Virus record (IMG/VR): IMGVR_UViG_3300013116_000108
Location: 62,001-126,000 of that record
Strand: one strand, 5' to 3'
Length of the DNA stretch: 64,000 nucleotides
Shown: positions 55,351 through 64,000 of the stretch, piece after piece
How the letters are laid out: each line of letters opens with the position of its first letter
Position numbering within the stretch: position 1 is the stretch's first letter
Position numbers and translations under genes: made by a program
Notes under the pieces: generated by a model
Told to the model about the DNA's origin: nothing
Seen by the model: only the letters and a program-made list of their open reading frames with translations
The model's database searches: none

Positions 55351-58300
55351 TTACCCGGATATAGAACCTGTGTTTTGGATTCTAACAGGTATGTAAATAA
55401 ACTCTACTGATTTAACAGGTTCAACAGCAACGTCTAGATATAATTCATTTCTGTCTATTCTTGCTGATGTGTTATTAGTTTCATCACATACTACCAAGTA
55501 ATCATATAAACCTCTTTTAGAAACTAAGTCGTTCATTAGTGATTCTACAACACCTTTGATTTCGTCCCTAGTTAACTTGTCATTTGGTTCAAATACAAAT
55601 GGTTTTGTAATTTCGCCTAGTCTTTCTCTGATATATGCTACAAGTCTTGCTACGTTGATTCTATCTAACGCTGAAGCAGAACCATGTCTAGTTTTGTTAC
55701 CAAAGTTAAGTATACCAACACCTGGGAAGAATGCGATTGGATTAATCTTATTCTCATATAAAGTATCTCTTAAAGATTCTTTAATACCAACTGTTTGGAA
55801 TTCACCAGTAGCACTATCAATGTGTCCTAACGCTGTAGCATTATCTACGCCACCTCGTCTTGTGCCTGCTGGAGCAAACCATGGAAAACTAGCATCATCT
55901 GAACGTAACATTGTTCTCAATGCCATGTGTGTTGGAGGAACAACAATTCCGTTACCATCTAAGTCTGTAGTTCTACCCGATGGATAAAACACACCTAAAT
56001 ATGTATCTGCTGTTACTAGTCCATTTTCATTGTTATCAATAGCAAGTTTTGTGTTATTAGCCCAATTTTGTATATCAGTACTATTTGGTGCTAGTCTCAT
56101 TGGAGCATCTCCAAGAACAAAGCCTGTATTTCGTCTTTCATTATTAAGTGCTACTAAGTTAGCCATTAGTTCTGGATATCCAGGAGCAACTAATAAGTTA
56201 AAGTTACGTTGTTCTTCACGTATCTCATCTGATGAAGTTACCGCTGACTTCATTGCGGAAACAATAGTATTACGCTGAGCATGTCTACCTACAAACGGAG
56301 CACCGTCATTTTGTATTCCTGATACAGTTACCCAAGCATTTGTTTCTGTTGGTAAAGTTTTACCTGGGAAGTCAGTAGCATTAAAGTACGCTTTCTTGTA
56401 TTCTTTAACGTTATTTGAGCTACGTCTTAAGTTAAATGCTAACATACCTCTTGGATACAATGCGGCACTTGGAGCATCAATATCTGTGTAGTCACTTGTT
56501 AACAATGTTTTAATTGGTGTCATAGTTGATGTTGTTACATCATCTGTAGCACTATCATGGAACCTAAAGTCAGCAAATAAAATACCATCTTCTGACGTTT
56601 GGTCTGTAGTATCAATTGCTACCCATTTATCTTCTGAAGCAACTGATTCCCATCTACTAATTTTAAAAGTATCTGGGTCAGAGGTGTCAATCCAAAGGTC
56701 GCCATATACAAGTGCTGTATTATCAGACTGTACTAGTGGCTCTGTTGCTGACACAATTGGTCCATCTGGTGAAGTGTTAGATAAGTTAAATCCTCTAGCA
56801 TCTGTAGTAACACCTTGGTATCCTTTCCAAGTAACACCATCATGTATCATAATATCCGCATCACTAACTGCGGCGTTAAACCATTTAGTTCCGTCTGCCG
56901 GATCTGCTGTTGGTTGTGTAGTACTTGCTGAGTAAGTGTAAGTTTGCCAATTAGATACAATTATATCTGAATTGTTGCCTGCTCTTGCTGTAGTTAAAGA
57001 AGCAGTAATACCAGCATCAACAACTGGAGTTCCAGTAGCATCTTTAAGAACAATAACACCACCTAAGTCGTGTGTTAATGTAATAGCATTTGTTGTAGTA
57101 TCTCTCGAAACTGACAAGTTAGCAATATTTGCCGCTGTTACACCACTTACAAAATCTTCGGCAGTTTTTGCTCCAGATCCTGGTATAGTAACTGTTACCG
57201 CTGATGTTAATGTTGCCGTTTTGTCTGACATTTGAATAGTAAATGTTTCACCGCCTGTAAATGCCGGACTTGCTGTACCTGTTACACTAGTAACACCTTT
57301 AGCAATTCTCTTGAAGAATTTATAACTTCCTCTACCATTATCTTCAGCGTCTTGCTTAACGTATATTGTATCAGCCGCTACATTAATTCCGCCACCTGCT
57401 TTATCTAAACCATAGTTTGCTGACTCGTCGTTAGCATATATTGGAGCCGCATTTGCTTCAAATAGTTTAGTATTAGCGTTATAAGTTTTTAGACTAAAGT
57501 CAGCACCTTTATTAGGTGTTGTTGTTTTAATCCAAACAGACCCTGTTGGTCTTGTATAAGTGTCTGCTGTTTTCCATTCCGGAATTGATGTGTGTTCTGC
57601 AAAATCAAATTTTGGAGACCAATATCTTCCAGCAGTTAATCCACAAACTGTGAGGATAGTTCCTGTACCATTTGCTATTAATACTGATCCAGTGTTGCCA
57701 CCGCCTCCGCCATCAGCAGTGGCATTAGCATAAATTTCTAATTTGTTATTAACAACTGCCGCTGAAACGCCTGCTTCGCCGGCACCTGAAATATCAGCCG
57801 CTAGTGATGTTGCTGAAGTACCTGAGGCTGTAACTGTAGTTCCGTTAATAACAATAGTGTGTCCAGCAACAATAGTTGGTGAACTTTCTGTTCCTGTTAC
57901 AGTTGGGTGTGATGTTTGCCAAGCAGGTGAACCTACGTGTACCCAAATATTTCCGCTGTTTTTGTAAAACAATGGATTTTTAGTGTTTGTAGCATCAATG
58001 GCATATTCGCCAATTGAACCATAAGAACTCTTAGGAACTGATGCTGAAATATCATTTGAGTCAGTAATTATTTTTGGTACTACGTTAGCAAACTTTTGTG
58101 TGGACTCGTTCCAAACATGAACTCCAAATAAAGTCTTGCTAATATCAAACCATGCCGTTCCTGCCGCAGGTGCCCCAGAAGGTCTACCTGAAGAAGTAGA
58201 TAGTTGACCTAAATCAACATCTGCCCTTGTTACATACGCTCTATTACTGACACCTAGTACGCTGTAGGCCGCCATAAGTCCGTATTCGTTAACTTCACTA

Positions 58301-58557
58301 CCGTGTAGTGCTGTTCCACTTGTATTTTTATGGAAAGTAGGCTCTCCATAAGTTGTTACTAATTCTCTTTGCGAACCTATTAAATAAGTCTTTCCCGCAT
58401 TTGCTTTTGTAGTACCTGCCGCTGTTCCTGTGCTAGTACCACTTGTTTTGTCTTGGGCTGTTGCGATAACAATTAGAGGAATCGTTCCAACTGCCGTTGG
58501 AGCGTATTGCGATTCGTCTGTAATTGTAACGTCAATACCTGGTGATATAAGTGCCAT
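55351..58557 (-). CDS. gp18: Contractile tail sheath protein (gp18-like)
   Basis: MALISPGIDV, PWFAPAGTRRG, INPI, DRINVARL, FVFEPND, AVEPVKSVEFIYIP. Confidence 0.95.
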   Translation of the reverse strand: MALISPGIDVTITDESQYAPTAVGTIPLIVIATAQDKTSGTSTGTAAGTTKANAGKTYLIGSQRELVTTYGEPTFHKNTSGTALHGSEVNEYGLMAAYSVLGVSNRAYVTRADVDLGQLSTSSGRPSGAPAAGTAWFDISKTLFGVHVWNESTQKFANVVPKIITDSNDISASVPKSSYGSIGEYAIDATNTKNPLFYKNSGNIWVHVGSPAWQTSHPTVTGTESSPTIVAGHTIVINGTTVTASGTSATSLAADISGAGEAGVSAAVVNNKLEIYANATADGGGGGNTGSVLIANGTGTILTVCGLTAGRYWSPKFDFAEHTSIPEWKTADTYTRPTGSVWIKTTTPNKGADFSLKTYNANTKLFEANAAPIYANDESANYGLDKAGGGINVAADTIYVKQDAEDNGRGSYKFFKRIAKGVTSVTGTASPAFTGGETFTIQMSDKTATLTSAVTVTIPGSGAKTAEDFVSGVTAANIANLSVSRDTTTNAITLTHDLGGVIVLKDATGTPVVDAGITASLTTARAGNNSDIIVSNWQTYTYSASTTQPTADPADGTKWFNAAVSDADIMIHDGVTWKGYQGVTTDARGFNLSNTSPDGPIVSATEPLVQSDNTALVYGDLWIDTSDPDTFKISRWESVASEDKWVAIDTTDQTSEDGILFADFRFHDSATDDVTTSTMTPIKTLLTSDYTDIDAPSAALYPRGMLAFNLRRSSNNVKEYKKAYFNATDFPGKTLPTETNAWVTVSGIQNDGAPFVGRHAQRNTIVSAMKSAVTSSDEIREEQRNFNLLVAPGYPELMANLVALNNERRNTGFVLGDAPMRLAPNSTDIQNWANNTKLAIDNNENGLVTADTYLGVFYPSGRTTDLDGNGIVVPPTHMALRTMLRSDDASFPWFAPAGTRRGGVDNATALGHIDSATGEFQTVGIKESLRDTLYENKINPIAFFPGVGILNFGNKTRHGSASALDRINVARLVAYIRERLGEITKPFVFEPNDKLTRDEIKGVVESLMNDLVSKRGLYDYLVVCDETNNTSARIDRNELYLDVAVEPVKSVEFIYIPVRIQNTGSISG

Positions 58558-58601
58558 ATTATTTTTTCCTCACTTTAAAAAGTTTAAATTATTATACATT
58601 G

Positions 58602-58607
58602 TATTTA
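58602..58607 (-). promoter_or_regulatory. Late promoter of the sheath gene
   Basis: TAAATA 45 nt upstream of the ATG; GAGG RBS. Confidence 0.55.
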
Positions 58608-58674
58608 GCGATTAATGGTAAAAAACGTCAAAATAGATGCCCTTTATAAAGGGCACCAGCGTATAAATACTCGT

Positions 58675-59007
58675 ATGGGCAGGCCTATATGTATCACTTG
58701 TAACGCTCCAGCGGCGGTTAATTATAAAAGAAAAGATAAAACTTATTATCGTAGGTTTTGTGATAGTTGTATACGAGAGCAAAAAAAGCCTAATAGATTT
58801 AAATTACATGGTTATCAAAAACAAAGCACATGTGACCATTGCGGATATCACAGCAAATTTCCTGAAGTTTTTTTAATATGGTATTTAGATGGGAATAAAA
58901 GTAATACTAGAATAGCCAACCTTAAAACAGTATGTAAAAACTGCGAAGTTACTCTAGCGAGGCTTGGATGGTCAAAGATTGCTGGCGATCTAACACCTGA
59001 TCAATAG
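58675..59007 (+). CDS. Zn-finger/HNH-like protein (leaderless; HNH His apparently replaced)
   Basis: CITC...CDSC...CDHC...WYLDGNKSN...NLKTVCKNC; TATAAATA (58662-58669), 5 nt, ATG. Confidence 0.65.
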   Translation: MGRPICITCNAPAAVNYKRKDKTYYRRFCDSCIREQKKPNRFKLHGYQKQSTCDHCGYHSKFPEVFLIWYLDGNKSNTRIANLKTVCKNCEVTLARLGWSKIAGDLTPDQ

Positions 59008-59611
59008 AAGTATATAATGTTTTTATTGTATCTTGATTCATAATAGTAAAGTCAAAATCCCAGCCTGCCCAACGCCATTCACTACGATGTACATCAGGAT
59101 ATGCTCTAGATATAGGATTGTCTTCTGGTGGTGGATTTTGTTCTCTATTTAATTTACCTGCTTCTTTCCAGTATTCAGGTTCTGCTTCTCGCCACACTTC
59201 CCAAGTAAAACCTTTAAGCCCTTTAACCATTTCAAGTTCATTAAAGAATCTACAGTCAGGTATTACAAAGTTTTTATTAGGATTTTCTAATATTTGTTGC
59301 TTAACCAAACTAACCCAAATACCATCAAAAAACCCACGTCTTAAACATTCAGTTCCATAAAGTTGTAATACTGTTCTAGGAGTTATTTCTTTACCTGTTT
59401 CAGCAGACCAGTACTTGTCAATTTTTTCTCTAAATTCTCTAGACTCAACTGTGTCGCCTTCAAGCAATGCTCTATCCCAACCAAAAAGAGTTGATACGCC
59501 ATCTTTTAATCGGTCAGCGAAACTTAGTTTTGTAAAATTGTGTTGTTCTACTAGATAGTCAGCAACTGTACCTTTACCGTTACCTATTAACCCACATATA
59601 CCTATAATCAT
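58949..59611 (-). CDS. Deoxynucleoside monophosphate kinase (T4 gp1-like)
   Basis: IIGICGLIGNGKGT, SFADRLK, PRTVLQLYGTE, VIPDCRF.NE. Confidence 0.9.
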   Translation of the reverse strand: MIIGICGLIGNGKGTVADYLVEQHNFTKLSFADRLKDGVSTLFGWDRALLEGDTVESREFREKIDKYWSAETGKEITPRTVLQLYGTECLRRGFFDGIWVSLVKQQILENPNKNFVIPDCRFFNELEMVKGLKGFTWEVWREAEPEYWKEAGKLNREQNPPPEDNPISRAYPDVHRSEWRWAGWDFDFTIMNQDTIKTLYTSIDQVLDRQQSLTIQASLE

Positions 59612-59617
59612 ACTTGT

Positions 59618-59647
59618 ATTATACTACAAAGTCTTAGGCATTGTCAA
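59618..59647 (-). promoter_or_regulatory. sigma70 promoter; leaderless
   Basis: TTGACA, 18 nt, TATAAT, acaagt, ATG (59611). Confidence 0.8.
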
Positions 59648-60106
59648 CCTTTTTGAGGCAAGAGAATGTATTATCCAAAATACGCCTGTGTAAAACAATG
59701 TGCCTAATAACGTATTACCAAAGAAAGGTATAGCCATAACATAACAAGTCCAAAGCCCTGCTAGTGTTAAACCATAATAACCACTTAACCACACACTAAA
59801 GTTTGTAATTAAAAAGAATATTATACTTGCCAATAAGGCATTGCCAAACACATTTCTAAACTGTAATTGTGTTGCTAACAATACAGCACCGTATGTCCAG
59901 AACATATAACTATGAAATCCCCAATACAAATCGCCTATTAACATAGCACCTAATGTTACAGGAATTGCTAGTAAATTGTTCTTCATAATAAAAGGAACAA
60001 ATACCGCTACTGCTAGTATTGGTGTAAAGTTAGGAGGATGTGGGATAATTCTACTTAATCCAAGTAAACATGTGAAAAATAAAACCCAAAGTATTTTTTC
60101 TACCAT
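59624..60106 (-). CDS. DUF6580-like membrane protein (putative ECF S-component / cobalamin transport)
   Basis: RIIPHPPNFTP signature, ITNFSVW, CYVMAIPFF; about 5 TM. Confidence 0.7.
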   Translation of the reverse strand: MVEKILWVLFFTCLLGLSRIIPHPPNFTPILAVAVFVPFIMKNNLLAIPVTLGAMLIGDLYWGFHSYMFWTYGAVLLATQLQFRNVFGNALLASIIFFLITNFSVWLSGYYGLTLAGLWTCYVMAIPFFGNTLLGTLFYTGVFWIIHSLASKRLTMPKTL

Positions 60107-61866
60107 AATGTAACTTTTACTCCTGCTTGAACATTAATACCCATTTGATTATATCCATCTGGTTGTTCGTATTGTTCGTCTGTAATATTATACACACCTA
60201 AATAAAATAACTTATTCTCAACTGACTTATTAAGTACAAAATCAAATGTTGTTATAGCATCTTTATCTATTCTGCTATATGTAGAACTGTCAATGTCTTT
60301 GTGTTTTCCGTAATAGTTCATTGTAACTGTATAACTTAAATCATCTATAATTTTAGATATACTAGAATTATTAGTCCATGTAGGTCGACGTAATTTCTCA
60401 GCACCAGTATTTAACTTTGCTTCAGTGTAAGTTGTATTAGAATTAAACATATAACCATTATATACTTTATTTAACCCTACTTCTATACCCTTACTAGTTC
60501 CGCCTTCTGCTACATTACTATATGTTGAATTACCATAAGTTATACTATCTTTTTCTGTAATATAGAATAATGCTGTATCTAACCAATCATTATTATATCC
60601 TATTTCATACGAATCAAGTGTTTCTGGAGTCAAGTTAGGATTACCTGTATAACCATAACTATCAATTCCATACATTTCGTAAAGTGTTGGCAGTCTATAT
60701 CCTTGAGAGTAACTTGCTCTATAATTATTATATGCCCAACCTATCCTAGAACTTTGTTTTGTATCAAAATCGCTTATATTATCAACCCTAGTACTAAAAC
60801 TTAAAATATTATTATTATACACTTTATCTAATTCAAAAAATAACCCTGTTACATATCTATTTTCATTTACAGAACTATTGTAACTATTAATATTAGTTTG
60901 AAAATTAGCATTTGCTTCGTTGTATTCTAAACCTAATGTGTAGTCGTAACTTTCTTTATTAAAAGTATGCTGTGATAAAAACGTATCATTTGTGCTTTCA
61001 TAAGAATCAACTACACCTGATTTATTATAAGACCTATCATGTGTACTGTTATTCAATACTACTTTAGACCCGTTAAATGTTTGTAACTCTAATTGATTAT
61101 TATTCCATTCCCAGTCACTAGTATAGTTTAATACGTCTGCTGATCCACTATCTAAATTACTATTGTTTATATCTTTTATTTTATTAAATTTTAAAATATA
61201 CCCGCTACCTATGTAATCATAGTTTATATTAAACGTGTTTGTTTCTAAAGGGTCTTTTTCTGTTCCTTCAGGGTAAACACTTATACCGTCAGTAGATGTT
61301 TGATTTGCTACAATTTTAAAATTATGATTATCGGTAACATCTTTATCTGTTATACTAATTTCTTTACTAATATAATTGTTTGATCCTATAGATACATCAA
61401 TATAAGAATCACCATATGTGTTAGTATTCATATCAATAACACCTGCCGCGGCATTAGGGCCAAATGTATTGCCCATTGGACCTTTTATAACTGTTACATG
61501 ATTTATTCCAACCATATTATGTTGACTTAAATCATCTGCTCCGCTTGGAGTACTATTGTCTTTTATAGATATACCGTTTAATGTAATTAAACTATGGTCA
61601 CTTTCTGTTCCCCTAATAAACAAACTACTAGATTGGCCTGGTGGACCATTTTGTATTATGTTTACGCCTTCAACTTGCTGTACACTATTACTGTCAATTA
61701 TATCATACGAATATGTTGATGTTGCTAAGTCACTTGCTGTACGAGGAATAATTATTGTTATTTCAAGATGTTTGATTTCTTTATCTAATGTTTCCAGCAC
61801 TAAATCCTCCGCTTTTACTATATTCGCGAAAAGCAGAGTAAAAACGAATAGTATCATTTTTATCAT
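60100..61866 (-). CDS. btuB: TonB-dependent outer-membrane receptor, BtuB-like
   Basis: Signal peptide; plug motifs GPPGQSSSLFIRGTE and VIKGP...FGPNAAAGVI; YSQGYRLPTLYEMYG; NPNLTPE; aromatic C-terminal W. Confidence 0.75.
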   Translation of the reverse strand: MIKMILFVFTLLFANIVKAEDLVLETLDKEIKHLEITIIIPRTASDLATSTYSYDIIDSNSVQQVEGVNIIQNGPPGQSSSLFIRGTESDHSLITLNGISIKDNSTPSGADDLSQHNMVGINHVTVIKGPMGNTFGPNAAAGVIDMNTNTYGDSYIDVSIGSNNYISKEISITDKDVTDNHNFKIVANQTSTDGISVYPEGTEKDPLETNTFNINYDYIGSGYILKFNKIKDINNSNLDSGSADVLNYTSDWEWNNNQLELQTFNGSKVVLNNSTHDRSYNKSGVVDSYESTNDTFLSQHTFNKESYDYTLGLEYNEANANFQTNINSYNSSVNENRYVTGLFFELDKVYNNNILSFSTRVDNISDFDTKQSSRIGWAYNNYRASYSQGYRLPTLYEMYGIDSYGYTGNPNLTPETLDSYEIGYNNDWLDTALFYITEKDSITYGNSTYSNVAEGGTSKGIEVGLNKVYNGYMFNSNTTYTEAKLNTGAEKLRRPTWTNNSSISKIIDDLSYTVTMNYYGKHKDIDSSTYSRIDKDAITTFDFVLNKSVENKLFYLGVYNITDEQYEQPDGYNQMGINVQAGVKVTLW

Positions 61867-61871
61867 TCTGT

Positions 61872-61900
61872 ATTATAGTGGAAAAACTTAACAGAGTCAA
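61872..61900 (-). promoter_or_regulatory. sigma70 promoter; leaderless btuB
   Basis: TTGACT, 17 nt, TATAAT, acaga, ATG (61866). Confidence 0.8.
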
Positions 61901-61917
61901 GTTTTTTTTTGGATGTT

Positions 61918-62679
61918 TTATCCTATAACAAAACTTAGCGGTAAACTACCTTCAACGTAATTTAATAAATCTTGTTCTAGTTTTTCAAGTTCGGCCATTG
62001 CTTCTTGTTTTAATTGATCACCGTTCATTGTAGTTCCGCCTTGTGGACCAGCAATAGTGGCAAATTTACTTCTTGCTTCTCCTAGCATATACTTACATTG
62101 TGCTTTTGTGTAATCGTATATCCAAGGTTTAGTTCTGTGATCTTTTAAAAGTGTTACATCTGGCTTATGGTTGTATAACCAAAGAAGTACACTTTCGCCT
62201 GTAGAATTTACTTTTCTAACTATTGTTAGTTTTTTACTTACAGGGTTAAATGTAAAATTAATATGTCCACCAAACATTCTAGCAGTTAATTCTTGATATT
62301 GAGTAAACAATTCGTATGTTGCTAGGCCGCCTACTCGTCCTGCCTGCATTAAGTAAACATTAACATAGCCTGCTTCGAATGGCTCAAAACTATTAGCACC
62401 ATCTCCGTCGCTAGATCCTATTGTTCTACGAAATACTTGTCTTACTTCTGTAACTTGGCTAGGTAACGTGTACTCTTGTGTATCTGCTACTAGTTCTAAA
62501 AAGCCGTAACTTTCTTCAACGCTATTCGAACTACGTTGTCTGTATACATCTGCCGCCTTGTTAAAAGCAATATCATAATGTTGTGGATCTAACTCCACAT
62601 CTACCATGCCATCACCTAAACTATATCGCACATAATCAAAGCATTTTTGCTTTTCAGTTTGGAGTTCTGTGTTTGCCAT
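61918..62679 (-). CDS. gp13: Neck protein (T4 gp13-like)
   Basis: LGDGMVDVELDPQHY, WIYDYTKAQCKYMLGEARSKF...PQGGTTMNG; TAAATA at 62704-62709. Confidence 0.85.
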   Translation of the reverse strand: MANTELQTEKQKCFDYVRYSLGDGMVDVELDPQHYDIAFNKAADVYRQRSSNSVEESYGFLELVADTQEYTLPSQVTEVRQVFRRTIGSSDGDGANSFEPFEAGYVNVYLMQAGRVGGLATYELFTQYQELTARMFGGHINFTFNPVSKKLTIVRKVNSTGESVLLWLYNHKPDVTLLKDHRTKPWIYDYTKAQCKYMLGEARSKFATIAGPQGGTTMNGDQLKQEAMAELEKLEQDLLNYVEGSLPLSFVIG

Positions 62680-62706
62680 TTTTTGTTCCTACTTTAATAG
62701 TAGTAT

Positions 62707-63975
62707 TTAGCTCGTTAGCAATAGTATTGTTTCGGGATTTAAACGGCCGTTAAGTTTAGTTTCTGTTACTTTGAGGTTTTCGAAGAACTTTTTACGTTGT
62801 ATTTTACCACAATTATTAAACTCTTTAAGTTGTTCTTCTGGTTTTCTTAGTGTTTTACACACACTTTGCTTTTCGTCATACCTAATTAGTGTAGTACCTT
62901 TAACTTCTAATCCTGTGCCGTCACGTTTTTGTTTAAGCGGATCTATTGAAGAAGTGATGTAATACCCTAACTTTCTAGTTTTTGTGTTATATACCCAAAG
63001 CTCGTTAGCCTTAATAATGTCTACAGGGTTAATACTTACAAGTGCTAGTTTCTCATCAGACTTCTTATATTTTACTCTTGTTACTAGTTTTTCAGCACTT
63101 TTAGGTTTAACTTTACGAGGTTTACGAGTAAGTTTTGCTTCTGACATTAGCATATCACAAGCGTCGCAAATCAATTTATATGCTTGGTACCTACTTTTTA
63201 TTTCTTCATCAGTAAAAACAGCAAAACCTTCCTCAAGTTGACTACGCCAATCTAATTCTTGTTCTGTCATTTTTGCTTTTTGTTTTGCTGTAGGTGGGTT
63301 TAGTAACTCATGTAACTCATTATACCCTGGTTCATAAAAAGTTTTAATAATTTTAGCATGATTACCTTTACATTGATGTACTCTTAACCATTTTAGAGGA
63401 GTAAAAGTTTTTAAATCTATAAGTTCTACTCCAGATTCCATAACGTCATCAATTTCAACTGTCATTCTAATAGCCGCGGCATATAGGCGTTGTTGAATTG
63501 TAGGTTGATATACTTGGACTTTTTCTGCTTCTTCTTTTGCTTTTTCTTCTACAAGAGTTTTACCTTTCTCAATAGCACCTGCTATCTGAACTTTAATCCA
63601 ATCTTTTGTTGGCTTAATAACACCCATTGTACCTGGCAATGATTGCCAGTGTTCATCTTCTTTTTTATTATAATCTGGCATTCCACGTAACAGCATACGG
63701 CAATTTATAGATGTTGTTGTACCTATAACGTAACTAGGAACAGCCTTAGCACACTTAATATCGTCTTTGCTATAGCCATTTTGGTTCATCCATTCGTATG
63801 TATGCTTAACTAATTCATCTGGTTTAAACGTATGGTAATACCAAGAACTAGTTCCTTGCTTAAAACGGTGGTATTGAGCTCCGTCCCATTCTTCCCAACC
63901 ATCCCACTTGGGTTCTAGCAACTTATCAGCCGCTGTTATTCTAGTTGATTTTCGTAGTTGTTTACGTTTTGCCAA
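62707..63975 (-). CDS. Hypothetical protein of the type seen in marine T4-like phages
   Basis: TTG start with AGGAG; C-terminal KPRK...LWVYNTKTRKLG...VKGTT...KTLRKPEEQL. Confidence 0.6.
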   Translation of the reverse strand: MAKRKQLRKSTRITAADKLLEPKWDGWEEWDGAQYHRFKQGTSSWYYHTFKPDELVKHTYEWMNQNGYSKDDIKCAKAVPSYVIGTTTSINCRMLLRGMPDYNKKEDEHWQSLPGTMGVIKPTKDWIKVQIAGAIEKGKTLVEEKAKEEAEKVQVYQPTIQQRLYAAAIRMTVEIDDVMESGVELIDLKTFTPLKWLRVHQCKGNHAKIIKTFYEPGYNELHELLNPPTAKQKAKMTEQELDWRSQLEEGFAVFTDEEIKSRYQAYKLICDACDMLMSEAKLTRKPRKVKPKSAEKLVTRVKYKKSDEKLALVSINPVDIIKANELWVYNTKTRKLGYYITSSIDPLKQKRDGTGLEVKGTTLIRYDEKQSVCKTLRKPEEQLKEFNNCGKIQRKKFFENLKVTETKLNGRLNPETILLLTS

Positions 63976-64000
63976 AGGTTTCTCCTGTTTAACGCTTATA

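Noticed and set aside
11768-59007. ORF-track start sites at 12640, 16385, 30508, 32646, 33522, 52207 and 58615
   Set aside because: They extend into neighbouring genes or promoters; downstream starts with an RBS, stop/start overlap or TAAATA-N5 spacing fit better
61867-61917. Cobalamin riboswitch upstream of the BtuB-like gene
   Set aside because: The gap is only 51 nt and is filled by a leaderless sigma70 promoter; no B12-box is present
322-63241. The many 60-155 aa ORFs antisense to long genes (e.g. 1821-2009, 7870-8250, 8341-8808, 17001-17417, 55556-55987)
   Set aside because: They are shadows of well-supported opposite-strand genes, with no RBS or recognisable motifs
1-64000. tRNA or rRNA genes
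   Set aside because: All intergenic gaps were read and none contains a cloverleaf or T-loop motif
1-64000. Alternative genetic code (stop-codon recoding as in some large phages)
   Set aside because: Full-length conserved proteins tile the window under the standard code, and TAA, TAG and TGA all act as stops at gene overlaps

Overview
This AT-rich, densely coding 64-kb window is part of a large T4-related (probably Rak2-like, jumbo-type) myovirus genome, most likely marine and infecting a Gram-negative host. Most genes are on the minus strand. Phage core genes present: terminase large and probable small subunit, tail sheath, tail tube, neck gp13, head-completion gp4, UvsX, UvsY, UvsW, gp32 SSB, clamp-loader small subunit, dNMP kinase, ThyX, an exonuclease and a 187-aa DnaE-like polymerase core. 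Accessory blocks: (i) a late cluster of probable head-packaged proteins, including a ligase-fold nucleotidyltransferase and a P-loop kinase; (ii) two radical SAM enzymes, a 7Fe ferredoxin, a purine PRTase and an MTA/SAH nucleosidase; (iii) a ~10-kb glycosyl/methyltransferase island; (iv) a cluster combining a TctA/TctC tripartite transporter with an amidinotransferase, two methyltransferases, two sulfotransferase-like proteins and a 2OG-Fe(II) oxygenase; (v) a BtuB-like TonB receptor plus a DUF6580-type membrane protein. Non-coding signals read directly from the sequence: sigma70 promoters, a TAAATA late-promoter motif that often lies exactly 5 nt before the ATG (leaderless), intrinsic terminators, and periodic GGCA repeats in some leaders. 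No tRNA, rRNA, CRISPR array or intein was recognised. All family assignments come from motif recognition by eye; no database search was run.
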